Assembly (NCBI GenBank): GCA_034666305.1
Contig: JAXDMA010000321.1
Location: 1 to 53,080, forward strand
Origin: Vulcanimicrobiota bacterium
Lineage (GTDB): Bacteria; Vulcanimicrobiota; Vulcanimicrobiia; Vulcanimicrobiales; Vulcanimicrobiaceae
Length of the DNA stretch: 53,080 nucleotides
Direction of reading: 5' to 3'
Part shown: piece after piece, positions 9,595-17,827 of the stretch
How the letters are laid out: every line of letters starts with the position of its first letter
Position numbering within the stretch: the stretch's first letter is position 1
The notes under the pieces: model-generated
Database searches by the model: none
What the model was told of the DNA's origin: nothing
What the model saw: the letters and a program-made list of their open reading frames with translations, nothing else
Translations under genes and position numbers: made by a program

Positions 9595-10467
9595 TCACGG
9601 AAGGCGCTCGGCCCAACCGTCGGGCCGCCAGCCGCGCACGATCGCATCGGCGACCCGGACGGCGTCGCGCTGCCCCGGAACGTCGTGCACGCGCACGATG
9701 TCGATCCCGGCATCGATCGCGAGCGCGATCGTCGCGGCGGTCCCGAGCTCGCGCTCGTCGACGCCGCGTCCCGTGAGCTTGCCGATCGTCGACTTGCGCG
9801 ACGTGCCGAGCAGCGTCGGAAAGCCGAGCGCGACCAGCCGGCCCAGCGCGCGGAGCACGGCCAGATTGTGTTCCGGCAGCTTCCCGAAGCCGATGCCCGG
9901 ATCGAGGATCACGTGCTCGGCGGGGATGCCGGCGGCCACGCAGCGCGCGCCCGCCGCATCGAGCGATGCGAGCACTTCGTCGACGACGTCGCGCTCGTAC
10001 AGCGCGACCGGCTTGTTGTGCATCACGATCATCGGCGAACCCGTTTCCACGCACGCGGCGATCAGCTCGTCGGACGCGCCCCAGATCGAGTTGAGCACGT
10101 CGCCGCCAGCGGCGTGCGCATCGCGAAACACGCCGGCCTTGAACGTGTCCACCGACACGATCGCATCCGGTGCAGCCGCGCGCAGGGCGGCCAGCGCCGG
10201 CAACAGCCGCGCACGCTCGGTCGCGGCATCGATCGGGCGATGACCCGGCCGCGTCGACTCCGCCCCGACGTCGACGACGTCCGCACCATCCGCGAGCTGT
10301 CCGAGCGCTCGCGCACGCGCGGCGCCGGCTCCCTGCACGCCGTCGCCGGAGAATGAGTCCGGCGAGACGTTCACGATCCCCATCACATAGGTCCGCACGC
10401 CCCACGGCAGCACGCGGCCGCGCACGCGCAGCGCCCCGCGCTGCGTGGTCACGAAGCCATCAGACAT
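9595..10467 (-). CDS. folP: Dihydropteroate synthase
   Basis: MGIVNVSPDSFSGDG, DVGAESTRPG, SVDT, DPGIGFGK, GTSRKS, RVHDV. Confidence 0.96.
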   Translation of the reverse strand: MSDGFVTTQRGALRVRGRVLPWGVRTYVMGIVNVSPDSFSGDGVQGAGAARARALGQLADGADVVDVGAESTRPGHRPIDAATERARLLPALAALRAAAPDAIVSVDTFKAGVFRDAHAAGGDVLNSIWGASDELIAACVETGSPMIVMHNKPVALYERDVVDEVLASLDAAGARCVAAGIPAEHVILDPGIGFGKLPEHNLAVLRALGRLVALGFPTLLGTSRKSTIGKLTGRGVDERELGTAATIALAIDAGIDIVRVHDVPGQRDAVRVADAIVRGWRPDGWAERLP

Positions 10468-11782
10468 TGGTGCCGGACTGAACGTTCGCCATCCACCATT
10501 CGCGCAGCTCGGCGACGACGAACGTCGAGCCGGTCACGACGATGATGTCGTCGCCTTCGGCGTTGCGGCGCGCGATCGAAAACGCTTCGACCGGGTCGGT
10601 GATCGCACGCCCCCAGCCGCCCAGCTCGTCGGCGATCGACGCAAGCCGCTGCGGGCGCGAACAGTTGCGGCCGGCCACGGAAAACGTGGTGAACGTGAAC
10701 GATCCGCGCAGCGCGAGGAACGGTTCGATCACCTGCGCCGCGTCTTTGGACTCGCCGATCGCCATCACGAACGTGAAGCGGCGGTTCGGGAACGTCTGCG
10801 CCAGCGCGTGCGCGAGGTGCGCCGCCTTGTCGGGGTTGTGCGCGATGTCGAACACCACGCCCGGATGCGACGGGAAGAACTCCATGCGGCCCGGGATCAC
10901 CGTGCGCGAAAGACCGGTCTCGATCTGCTCGCGCGTCGGGCGCAAACCGGGCCGAAGCTGCTCGAGCGCGCGCACCGCCGTCGCCGCGTTGTCCTGTTGA
11001 AAGTCGCCGAGCACGGGCAGCGAGATCTCGTAGCGGTCGACCGGCGTGATCAGCGCGAACGACTGGCCGTAGCGCTCGCCCGAGCGCGGCTCGATCGTCA
11101 CGGTGTCGGCGACGGCGATGAACGGCGCGCCCGCATCCGCGCAGGCTTGCTCGATCACGCGACGCGCACCGGCGTCGCGCACGAAGCTCACCAGCGGGAT
11201 GCCCGCCTTCGCGATGCCGGCCTTGTCGCGGGCGATGTCCTGGACCGTGTCCCCGAGGATGTCCGTGTGGTCGAGCGCCACGTTGGTGATGACCGCGACT
11301 TGCGGGCGCAGCACGTTGGTTCCGTCGAGCGTGCCGCCGACGCCCGCTTCGATCACCGCGACGTCGACCTCGGAACGCGCGAACCAGAGGAACGCGAGCG
11401 CGAGCAGCGTTTCGTAATACGTCGGCCGGCCATGTTCGAAGGAAATGCGGTCGACGGCACTCTGCATCTCACCGATGAGGTCGCCGAACGCGTCCTCCGG
11501 GATCGCGAGCCCGTCGATGCGCGCGCGCTCCGTCACGCTCGTGAGGTGCGGCTTCGTGTGCAGTCCCGTACGCTTGCCCGACGCCTGCAGCGCCGCGGCG
11601 ATCATCGTCGACGTCGAACCCTTGCCGCTCGTCCCTGCGATGTGGATCGTGGGATACGCGTCCTGCGGGTTGCCGAGCGCTTCCAAGAACGCGAAGATGC
11701 GATCGAGGCGGTTGGACATCCGTCGCGACGCATTCTCGTTGATCAATCCAAGCAAGTAGGACTGTGCGGACTGAAAGGTCAC
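10460..11782 (-). CDS. folC: Folylpolyglutamate synthase/dihydrofolate synthase
   Basis: IHIAGTSGKGST, EAGVGGTLDGTN, LDHT.ILG, PGRME, DIAHNP, TGS; GTG 11782 overlaps the mog stop. Confidence 0.94.
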   Translation of the reverse strand: MTFQSAQSYLLGLINENASRRMSNRLDRIFAFLEALGNPQDAYPTIHIAGTSGKGSTSTMIAAALQASGKRTGLHTKPHLTSVTERARIDGLAIPEDAFGDLIGEMQSAVDRISFEHGRPTYYETLLALAFLWFARSEVDVAVIEAGVGGTLDGTNVLRPQVAVITNVALDHTDILGDTVQDIARDKAGIAKAGIPLVSFVRDAGARRVIEQACADAGAPFIAVADTVTIEPRSGERYGQSFALITPVDRYEISLPVLGDFQQDNAATAVRALEQLRPGLRPTREQIETGLSRTVIPGRMEFFPSHPGVVFDIAHNPDKAAHLAHALAQTFPNRRFTFVMAIGESKDAAQVIEPFLALRGSFTFTTFSVAGRNCSRPQRLASIADELGGWGRAITDPVEAFSIARRNAEGDDIIVVTGSTFVVAELREWWMANVQSGTNV

Positions 11783-12297
11783 CCTTCGTGATACCCCGTG
11801 GGGTGATGATCTGTTGCGACGCCGGCAAGCAGATCGAGCGCGTGCGGCAGTCCGCCCGCAATGGCGTCGAGCGTCTCGCGCACCGCCTTGGGGCTGCCCG
11901 GCAAGTTCACGATCAGGGAGCGGTTGCGCACGCCGGCGACGGCGCGCGACAGCATCGCCGCGCGCGTATGCCGCATCGACGCCGCGCGCATCGCCTCGGC
12001 GATGCCGGGAACCTCGAAGTCGAGCACCGCGACGGTCGCCTGCGGCGTGCGATCGCGTTCGCCCAGACCGGTGCCGCCCGACGTGAGCACCAGCCGCGTC
12101 GGGCCCTCGCACAGTTCGATCAGCGCCGCCTGTAGCGCCGCGGGGTCGTCGGGCAGGACGCGCTCGTCGTCGACGGCGAGCGGGTTGCCGAGCAGCACGT
12201 CCTTCATCACCGGGATGCACGCGTCGGGCCGTTCGCCGGAGTGCGCGCGGTCGGACAAGATGATCAGCGAGACCGGGTGCACGACGCGCTCGCTCAC
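11779..12297 (-). CDS. mog: Molybdopterin adenylyltransferase (MogA/MoaB family)
   Basis: SDR...GERPD, TSGGTG...RDRTP, AMLSRAVAGVR, NLPGSPKAV. Confidence 0.9.
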   Translation of the reverse strand: MSERVVHPVSLIILSDRAHSGERPDACIPVMKDVLLGNPLAVDDERVLPDDPAALQAALIELCEGPTRLVLTSGGTGLGERDRTPQATVAVLDFEVPGIAEAMRAASMRHTRAAMLSRAVAGVRNRSLIVNLPGSPKAVRETLDAIAGGLPHALDLLAGVATDHHPTGYHEG

Positions 12298-12776
12298 GGT
12301 GCGAGCCGCCAATCGCCGGACTTGCCGCCCGTTTTCTCCACGAGCCGCACGCTCTCGACGACGATGCCCTTGTCGACCGCCTTGCACATGTCGTAAACCG
12401 TCAGCGCGGCGACGCTGGCCGCGACCATCGCTTCCATCTCGACGCCGGTCTGGCCGACCGTGGTCGCGCGCGTCGCGATGCGCAGCGTCGTGTCGTCGTC
12501 CCACGCGAAAGCGACGTCGACCGCGCCGAGCGGGATGGGGTGTGCGAGCGGGATCAGTTCGTGCGTGCGCTTCGCGGCCATGATCCCGGCGAGTTGCGCG
12601 GCCGCGAACGCATCGCCCTTCGGGAGCGTCGCGGCACGCAGCGCCGCGGCTGCATCCGCGCTCAAGCGCACCCGCGCCTCGGCGCGCGCGGACCGCGCGG
12701 TAGCGGGTTTCGCACCGACGTCCACCATGACGAGCGAACCGTCCTCGCGCACGTGCGAGAGCTTCGACATGCTCAT
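12294..12776 (-). CDS. moaC: Cyclic pyranopterin monophosphate synthase
   Basis: LSH...G..MVDVGAK, KGD, AGIMAAKRT.ELIPLAH, TGVEMEA, YDMCKAVDK, KTGGKSG. Confidence 0.95.
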   Translation of the reverse strand: MSMSKLSHVREDGSLVMVDVGAKPATARSARAEARVRLSADAAAALRAATLPKGDAFAAAQLAGIMAAKRTHELIPLAHPIPLGAVDVAFAWDDDTTLRIATRATTVGQTGVEMEAMVAASVAALTVYDMCKAVDKGIVVESVRLVEKTGGKSGDWRLAP

Positions 12777-13789
12777 AGGAACGACAAATCCGTCGCCGTC
12801 GGCACCACGTCGTTCTCGCGCAGCCAACCGGCGTCGTAGAGCCGCGAGCGGTAGCGATCGCCGCCGTCGCACAACACGGTCACGACGCTGCTGCCGGCGG
12901 GCAGCGTCCGCGCGTAGCGGGCCGCCGCGGCCACGTTGAGCGCCGCCGAGCCGCCCACGAAGAGCCCCTCCTCGCGCAGGAGCCAGTGCGCCATCTCGGT
13001 GAGCGTGCGGTCGTCCACGCGCACCGCGTCGTCGACATCGGCGTCCTTGAAGTTCGCGACGATGCGCTTGATGCCGATGCCTTCGGCGTTCGAATCGCCT
13101 TCGACCGCAAGCGCACCGGTCTTCACGAAGCTGTAGAGCGCCGATCCGTATGGATCCGCGAGCACCACGCGAATCGCCGGATCGTACGCCTTGAGCGCAC
13201 GCCCCACGCCTGCGATCGTCCCGCCGGTCCCCGCCGCCGCGACGAACGCGCTCAGCGTCCCCTCGGTCTGCGCGATGATCTCCGGACCCGTGGTCGCCTC
13301 GTGCGCAGCACGATTGGCGGTGTTCTCGAACTGGTTCGCCCACACCGCGCCCGGAATCGACTCGGCGACTCGGCGCGCTTCGTGGTAGTAGTTCGCGTCG
13401 TTGGTGTACGGAGCGGCCGCGACGACGCGCAAATCGGCGCCGAACGCACGGAGCAGCGCGTACTTCTCCGCCGCCTGATCGTCGGGCATGACGATGATCG
13501 TGCGATACCCGCGCGCGTTGCCGACCAGCGCCAAACCAATCCCGGTGTTGCCCGCGGTGCCTTCGACCACGACACCGCCCGGCACGAGCAACCCGCGCGC
13601 CTCGAAGTCTTCGATGATGCCGCGCGCCGCGCGATCTTTCACCGAACCGCCCGGGTTGAGGAACTCGGCCTTGCCGAGGATCGTGCGGCCGATCGCGGCC
13701 GACAGCTTCGGCAGCGCGATGAGCGGCGTATTGCCGATCGCACCGACGAACCCGTCGCGTGGCAAGGTGGCGAGTGAGGGTTTCGGCAC
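12773..13789 (-). CDS. cysK: Cysteine synthase (PLP-dependent, CysK family)
   Basis: IGNTPL, KAEFLNPGGSVKDR, TAGNTG, GTGGT, EGIG, LCDGG.RY; start approximate. Confidence 0.9.
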   Translation of the reverse strand: MPKPSLATLPRDGFVGAIGNTPLIALPKLSAAIGRTILGKAEFLNPGGSVKDRAARGIIEDFEARGLLVPGGVVVEGTAGNTGIGLALVGNARGYRTIIVMPDDQAAEKYALLRAFGADLRVVAAAPYTNDANYYHEARRVAESIPGAVWANQFENTANRAAHEATTGPEIIAQTEGTLSAFVAAAGTGGTIAGVGRALKAYDPAIRVVLADPYGSALYSFVKTGALAVEGDSNAEGIGIKRIVANFKDADVDDAVRVDDRTLTEMAHWLLREEGLFVGGSAALNVAAAARYARTLPAGSSVVTVLCDGGDRYRSRLYDAGWLRENDVVPTATDLSFL

Positions 13790-13815
13790 GGTGCGGTGAA
13801 CGTCGTCCGGCGAGG

Positions 13816-14901
13816 ATGACGGTTCCTGTTGTACCTGACGGCGCGCTCGGATTATACAGCGCCGTCGGCGACGCATTCGCCGGCCGGCGGCTGGGCTTCG
13901 GCGGACGCCGCGCGGCGCTCGCCGCTCGCTTCGCCGCGCACCGCCGCGGCGACGCGGCCACCGTCGCCGCCGTCTGGGTCGCCGGCGCGCTGGCGGAAAC
14001 CGGCCTCGTCGACGTGGTGCTGACGCCGGATGCCAGCCCGCACGCGCGGCTGTTCGCGCTCGCCGACGCACCGCTGCACGGGGCCCGCATCGTCGCCGCG
14101 CTCCCCGGCCTCCCACCAGCGTCCGCCGACATCGTGCGCTGGCACCGCGAGCACGACGACGGCACGGGCATCCCCGACCGGCTGCGCTGGGACGGCATCC
14201 CGGTCGAGGCCGCGGCCTTGGGGATCGTCCACGGCTTCCTCGAGGCGATCGAAGACTCCGAGGAACCCCGCGGTCCCGACGAGGCACTGTTCACGATCGT
14301 CGCCGAAAGCGGCCGCCGCTATCGCATCGACCTCATACGAACGTTCCGCGAGTTCGTCATGGCCAACGCCGACAGCTGGGACGAGCCGCTCGACATCGCC
14401 GTCCCGGAAACCGCCGAAGAGCCAGCCCTGGCGGCGTTAGCGGCGCGCATCGACGCCCGCGACCCGCGCAATCCCGGTCGCAGCGAGCGGCTCGCGAAGC
14501 TCGCCGGCACGCTCGCGGGCCGGCTCGACCTCGACCCGAGCCGCGCCGGCCGGCTCGCCCGGCTGCTCGCGCTCGGCCGCGCCGCGGACGCGATCGACCA
14601 CGACGACTTCGACCCGCTCTCACGCCTGGCGCGCGACCGCCGGGACGCCGTCGCGCGCCGGGCCTCGACGATCGCCGCTTCGGTATCGCACTATGCCGCC
14701 GACGCGCCCTATCTCGCGGCGTCCGCCGCGTGGTTCGAGGAAGGCGACTCGAACCGGCTCGCCGCCGTGCTCGGCCTCGCGCTGGCGGTCGACGCGCTTC
14801 CGGCGACCGATGTCGCGCGACGTCTGGGCGCCGCGGCGGGCACGCAGTTCGATCCCGAGGTGACGCGCGTGTACCTCGCGACGCTAGGCGCGCCGACATG
14901 A
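13816..14901 (+). CDS. Tandem degenerate HD-GYP-like protein
   Basis: WHREHDDGTGIPDRL..DGIP, RIDARDPRNPGRSERLA and AAGTQFDPEV match the HD-GYP scaffold; both HD positions are replaced (LAETG, LLALGR). Confidence 0.72.
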   Translation: MTVPVVPDGALGLYSAVGDAFAGRRLGFGGRRAALAARFAAHRRGDAATVAAVWVAGALAETGLVDVVLTPDASPHARLFALADAPLHGARIVAALPGLPPASADIVRWHREHDDGTGIPDRLRWDGIPVEAAALGIVHGFLEAIEDSEEPRGPDEALFTIVAESGRRYRIDLIRTFREFVMANADSWDEPLDIAVPETAEEPALAALAARIDARDPRNPGRSERLAKLAGTLAGRLDLDPSRAGRLARLLALGRAADAIDHDDFDPLSRLARDRRDAVARRASTIAASVSHYAADAPYLAASAAWFEEGDSNRLAAVLGLALAVDALPATDVARRLGAAAGTQFDPEVTRVYLATLGAPT

Positions 14902-15812
14902 TCGAGCTGCCGGCGCGCACGCGCCGCGTCTCGGGGACGCGGTTGCTCGATCTCTGTCGCGAACGCGACATCGGGAGCCTCGTCGATCCGTTCATGGGGT
15001 TGCCGACGCATCTCAACGTGCTCAAGCGTCATGGCATCGCCGTGCATGGCGGTGACTTGCTCGAGTGGTTCGTGCGCGCCGGCGAAGGCCTGGTCGTCAA
15101 CGACTTCACGATCCTGCGCGAGAACGAAGTCGCCGAAGTCGTCGAGATGCTGCCCGGGCGGATCTATCCGACCGATCTCTTCCGGGCTTGGGAAGGCGTG
15201 TTCTTCAGCGAGGAACAGTGCCGCTATCTCGGCGTGTGGCATGCGAACGTGCATGCGCTGCGGAGCGACGGGCAAACCGGGCTCGCGGTGCTCGGGCTTT
15301 GGCACGTGCTGTGCCACTGGCTGCTCAAAGCGCGGCATCCGGACGAGATGGTGGACGTTGCGCCCAGCGAGCTCGCGTGGACGTACATTCGCGAAACCGA
15401 ACGCTGGGTGGCCGATAACGGCAAGCGCAACACGGTGCGGCGCGGTGACTTCGCGACGACGCTCGCCAACGCAAAAGCTGACGCGGTGTACTTGGCGCCG
15501 CCTGGGCGCAGTGGCGCAAAACGCATCGACGCGCGCGTGTGGATGTGGGAAGCGTGGTGGCAGGGAGATCCGTATCTCAACGTCGAGCGGCTGTATCGCG
15601 ATACCGTCTTCGGGAGCGGTGCGAACGACGATGCAAGCTACGACCGCGCGATCGACGATGTGCTTACCGCTTCGGGTGCCGCGCGGTGTGTGATCGTGCA
15701 GTCGAATGTGCGGGAGGCGGCTCGATTTGAGCGGCTCGTTCGCGCGCATCGGCCGAATGTCGAGATCGTCAGTCCGAACGATGACGAGCTCTATGTGATC
15801 GGGCGTCTGTAA
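14898..15812 (+). CDS. Degenerate D12-class N6-adenine DNA methyltransferase-like protein
   Basis: Motif I-like LVDPFMGLP; motif IV-like ADAVYLAPPG (DPPY expected); ATGA overlap with the upstream gene. Confidence 0.65.
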   Translation: MIELPARTRRVSGTRLLDLCRERDIGSLVDPFMGLPTHLNVLKRHGIAVHGGDLLEWFVRAGEGLVVNDFTILRENEVAEVVEMLPGRIYPTDLFRAWEGVFFSEEQCRYLGVWHANVHALRSDGQTGLAVLGLWHVLCHWLLKARHPDEMVDVAPSELAWTYIRETERWVADNGKRNTVRRGDFATTLANAKADAVYLAPPGRSGAKRIDARVWMWEAWWQGDPYLNVERLYRDTVFGSGANDDASYDRAIDDVLTASGAARCVIVQSNVREAARFERLVRAHRPNVEIVSPNDDELYVIGRL

Positions 15813-15825
15813 CTCTGGTGGCTTC

Positions 15826-15967
15826 GGCTGGGGCGCGACGTTGCTGCGCCGGGGACGCTCCCTCCGCCGCATCGTGCGGCTCCGGTCACTCGGCGCTCCG
15901 TTCGCTCCCGCCCTCCGGGCTCCGCGAACTCCGCGACGCCCCGTCGCAGCAACATCGCGCCCCAGCC
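15826..15967 (+). repeat. Hairpin repeat element, copy 1 (~142 bp, ~29-bp terminal inverted repeats)
   Basis: GGCTGGGGCGCGAcGTTGCTGCGcCGGGG ... CCCCGtCGCAGCAACaTCGCGCCCCAGCC enclosing a core shared with copy 2. Confidence 0.85.
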
Positions 15968-15992
15968 TTCGGGCATGATGGGTGGTCACATC

Positions 15993-16026
15993 AAAAATAA
16001 AAAAGGGGGATTGTGGAGTTGCCCCT
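15993..16026 (-). terminator. Possible intrinsic terminator of the uppP operon
   Basis: On the minus strand an AGGGG/CCCCT stem is followed by a long T-rich run; the stem is short. Confidence 0.4.
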
Positions 16027-16080
16027 ACGCGCGGGTTTGATTGCCGATGTGACGCGTGCTTTGGTTATGGATCTTTGATT

Positions 16081-16230
16081 GGCGGGGGGTCGTCGTGCGG
16101 TGCTGTGGCGGGGCGTTGCGGAGTTCGCGGAGCCAGGATGGCGGGAGCGAACGGAGCACCGAGTGACCGGAGCCGCAGGATGCGGCGCAGGGAACGTCCC
16201 CGCCACAGCACTGCACGACGACCCCCCGCC
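16081..16230 (-). repeat. Hairpin repeat element, copy 2 (150 bp, 33-bp terminal inverted repeats), inverted relative to copy 1
   Basis: GGCGGGGGGTCGTCGTGCgGTGCTGTGGCGGGG ... CCCCGCCACAGCACtGCACGACGACCCCCCGCC; the reverse complement of its core matches copy 1 with few substitutions. Confidence 0.85.
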
Positions 16231-16248
16231 CGCCACCATCGTGGCGTG

Positions 16249-16422
16249 TTAGCGCGACGGCGTTGCGCTTTGGAAGCGGTACCAGACGAGGCAGAGTAGA
16301 GCGAGGATGATGCTTACGATGCCGTGTTTGAGGTGGACGCCCGCCGGAATGAAGTGGCCCGTCCAGTAGAGGATTGCGATGATGACGAAGACGGCGGCTA
16401 GGATGAGCGCGAGCTGTTTCAT
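16249..16422 (-). CDS. Small two-TM membrane protein (57 aa)
   Basis: MKQLALILAAVFVIIAILYW..HLKHGIVSIILALLCLVWYRF; ATGA overlap with the uppP stop. Confidence 0.75.
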   Translation of the reverse strand: MKQLALILAAVFVIIAILYWTGHFIPAGVHLKHGIVSIILALLCLVWYRFQSATPSR

Positions 16423-17297
16423 GCGATTACTTTCGTGATGAAGAGGATGAACGATATTCCGCCGGCTGCGATACAGTACCAGGCGAACGGTGAGAGGTCG
16501 TTGTGGCGGAAGTAGCGGGTGAGGAACGCGACCGATGCGTACGCGGTGACGCCTGCGACGATCCCGCCGACCACTGCTTGGATCAGTACGACGTGTGCGT
16601 CCGGGGCGAACAGTTTTGGAAATTCCAAGAGGCTCGCGGCCAGAATGACCGGCGTTGCCAGGAGGAATGAATATCTCGCTGCGTCTTCGTGGTGCAGGTC
16701 GCGTAGGAGGCCTGCGACGATTGCGGAGCCTGCGCGTGAGATGCCCGGGAGAAGTGCGAGAGATTGTGCGAAGCCCACGAAGATGCCGTCGCGTGGTTTG
16801 AGCTCGTCGAGGCGGCGGTATTGCGCGGACTGCGGCGACGTTTGTGTTGCCGTCGACGGGTGCTGGCGCCGGCGTAGCCATTCGCCCAGCAGCATGATGA
16901 AGCCGTTCGCGAACAAAAAGAGCGAGACCGGTATCGGGGATGCGAACAATTTTTTGACGTATGATTCCAGCAGCACGCCGAGGACCCCGACCGGGATCGT
17001 GCCGGCCACCAAGAGCCATGCGGTCCGCTCGTCGCGGTCGTCCGTGAAGCGGCCGCGGACGACGCTCGCGATGAACGCGCGAATGATCGCGATCCAGTCC
17101 TTGCGGTAGAAAACGATCAGGGCAAGGGCTGTGCCCAGATGCAGCACGACGACGAATGCGAGGAACGATTCCGAGCCTTCGTCGACGTTCCAGCGGAGGA
17201 GCGCCGGGAGCAGCACGGTGTGCCCCAAGCTGCTGACCGGAAACAACTCGCTCACGCCCTGCAGTACCGCAAGAAGCATCGCCTGCACGAACGTCAC
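16419..17297 (-). CDS. uppP: Undecaprenyl-diphosphate phosphatase
   Basis: QGVSELFPVSSLGH, LHLGT, AQSLALLPGISRAG, AARYSFLL; GTG 17297. Confidence 0.95.
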   Translation of the reverse strand: MTFVQAMLLAVLQGVSELFPVSSLGHTVLLPALLRWNVDEGSESFLAFVVVLHLGTALALIVFYRKDWIAIIRAFIASVVRGRFTDDRDERTAWLLVAGTIPVGVLGVLLESYVKKLFASPIPVSLFLFANGFIMLLGEWLRRRQHPSTATQTSPQSAQYRRLDELKPRDGIFVGFAQSLALLPGISRAGSAIVAGLLRDLHHEDAARYSFLLATPVILAASLLEFPKLFAPDAHVVLIQAVVGGIVAGVTAYASVAFLTRYFRHNDLSPFAWYCIAAGGISFILFITKVIA

Positions 17298-17354
17298 AAG
17301 GCCCGTCGGTTCGCATGCGGGGGAGGGTTTCCCGCTCGTGCGGAAAGCGACGAG

Positions 17355-17714
17355 GTGAGTGAGGCACGCTCGCATCGGCGACTCTCGGATGCACCGCTGC
17401 TGGTAGCGTACACGATCGGCGACGAGTTCGCGGCGGCGCGTACGGAAACGTACGACGTCGGTCTGGGGGGTCTCGCGATGTTCGCGGACACGGAACTGCC
17501 CGCGGGTCAGCGCTTGCGGCTGGAGCTCGAGCTACGCGGCGAGCCGCGCCCGCCGCTGCAGCTCACCGGTGAAGTTCGCTGGTCGCGCTTCGATGCCGCG
17601 CTCGGCAAGTATCGCACCGGCATCGAGTTCACCGACCGCACGCCCGAGCAAGAAACCCAACTCCACGGCTACATCGAAACGATGTACCAACTCCGCGACC
17701 TAGGCGTAATATAG
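17355..17714 (+). CDS. Stand-alone PilZ domain protein
   Basis: RSHRR (RxxxR), DVGLGG (D/NxSxxG-like), GEVRW, TGIEF. Confidence 0.8.
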   Translation: MSEARSHRRLSDAPLLVAYTIGDEFAAARTETYDVGLGGLAMFADTELPAGQRLRLELELRGEPRPPLQLTGEVRWSRFDAALGKYRTGIEFTDRTPEQETQLHGYIETMYQLRDLGVI

Positions 17715-17746
17715 GAATGCGCTCCGGCTGACGGCCAAGATGATCA

Positions 17747-17793
17747 GGACGCGGAAAATGCCCCGCCCAAAGGGCCGGGGCATTTTTGCGTCC
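17747..17793. terminator. Bidirectional intrinsic terminator between the convergent PilZ and tonB genes
   Basis: AAAATGCCCCG..CGGGGCATTTTT stem with A and T flanks; a second hairpin lies at ~17797-17828. Confidence 0.75.
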
Positions 17794-17827
17794 GCAGACT
17801 TCTTGCGCTCGTGCAGAGCGCAAAAGT

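Noticed and set aside
14898-15812. Active restriction-modification system
   Set aside because: Catalytic DPPY is absent and no endonuclease is adjacent.
15968-16080. c-di-GMP (GEMM) riboswitch in the spacer between the repeats
   Set aside because: Lies between convergent gene ends and lacks the GGCAAA..GAAA..GACGCAAAGC core.
15826-16230. CRISPR array or tRNA interpretation of the repeats
   Set aside because: Only two long inverted copies, no repeat-spacer periodicity, no cas genes, no T-loop or CCA cloverleaf.
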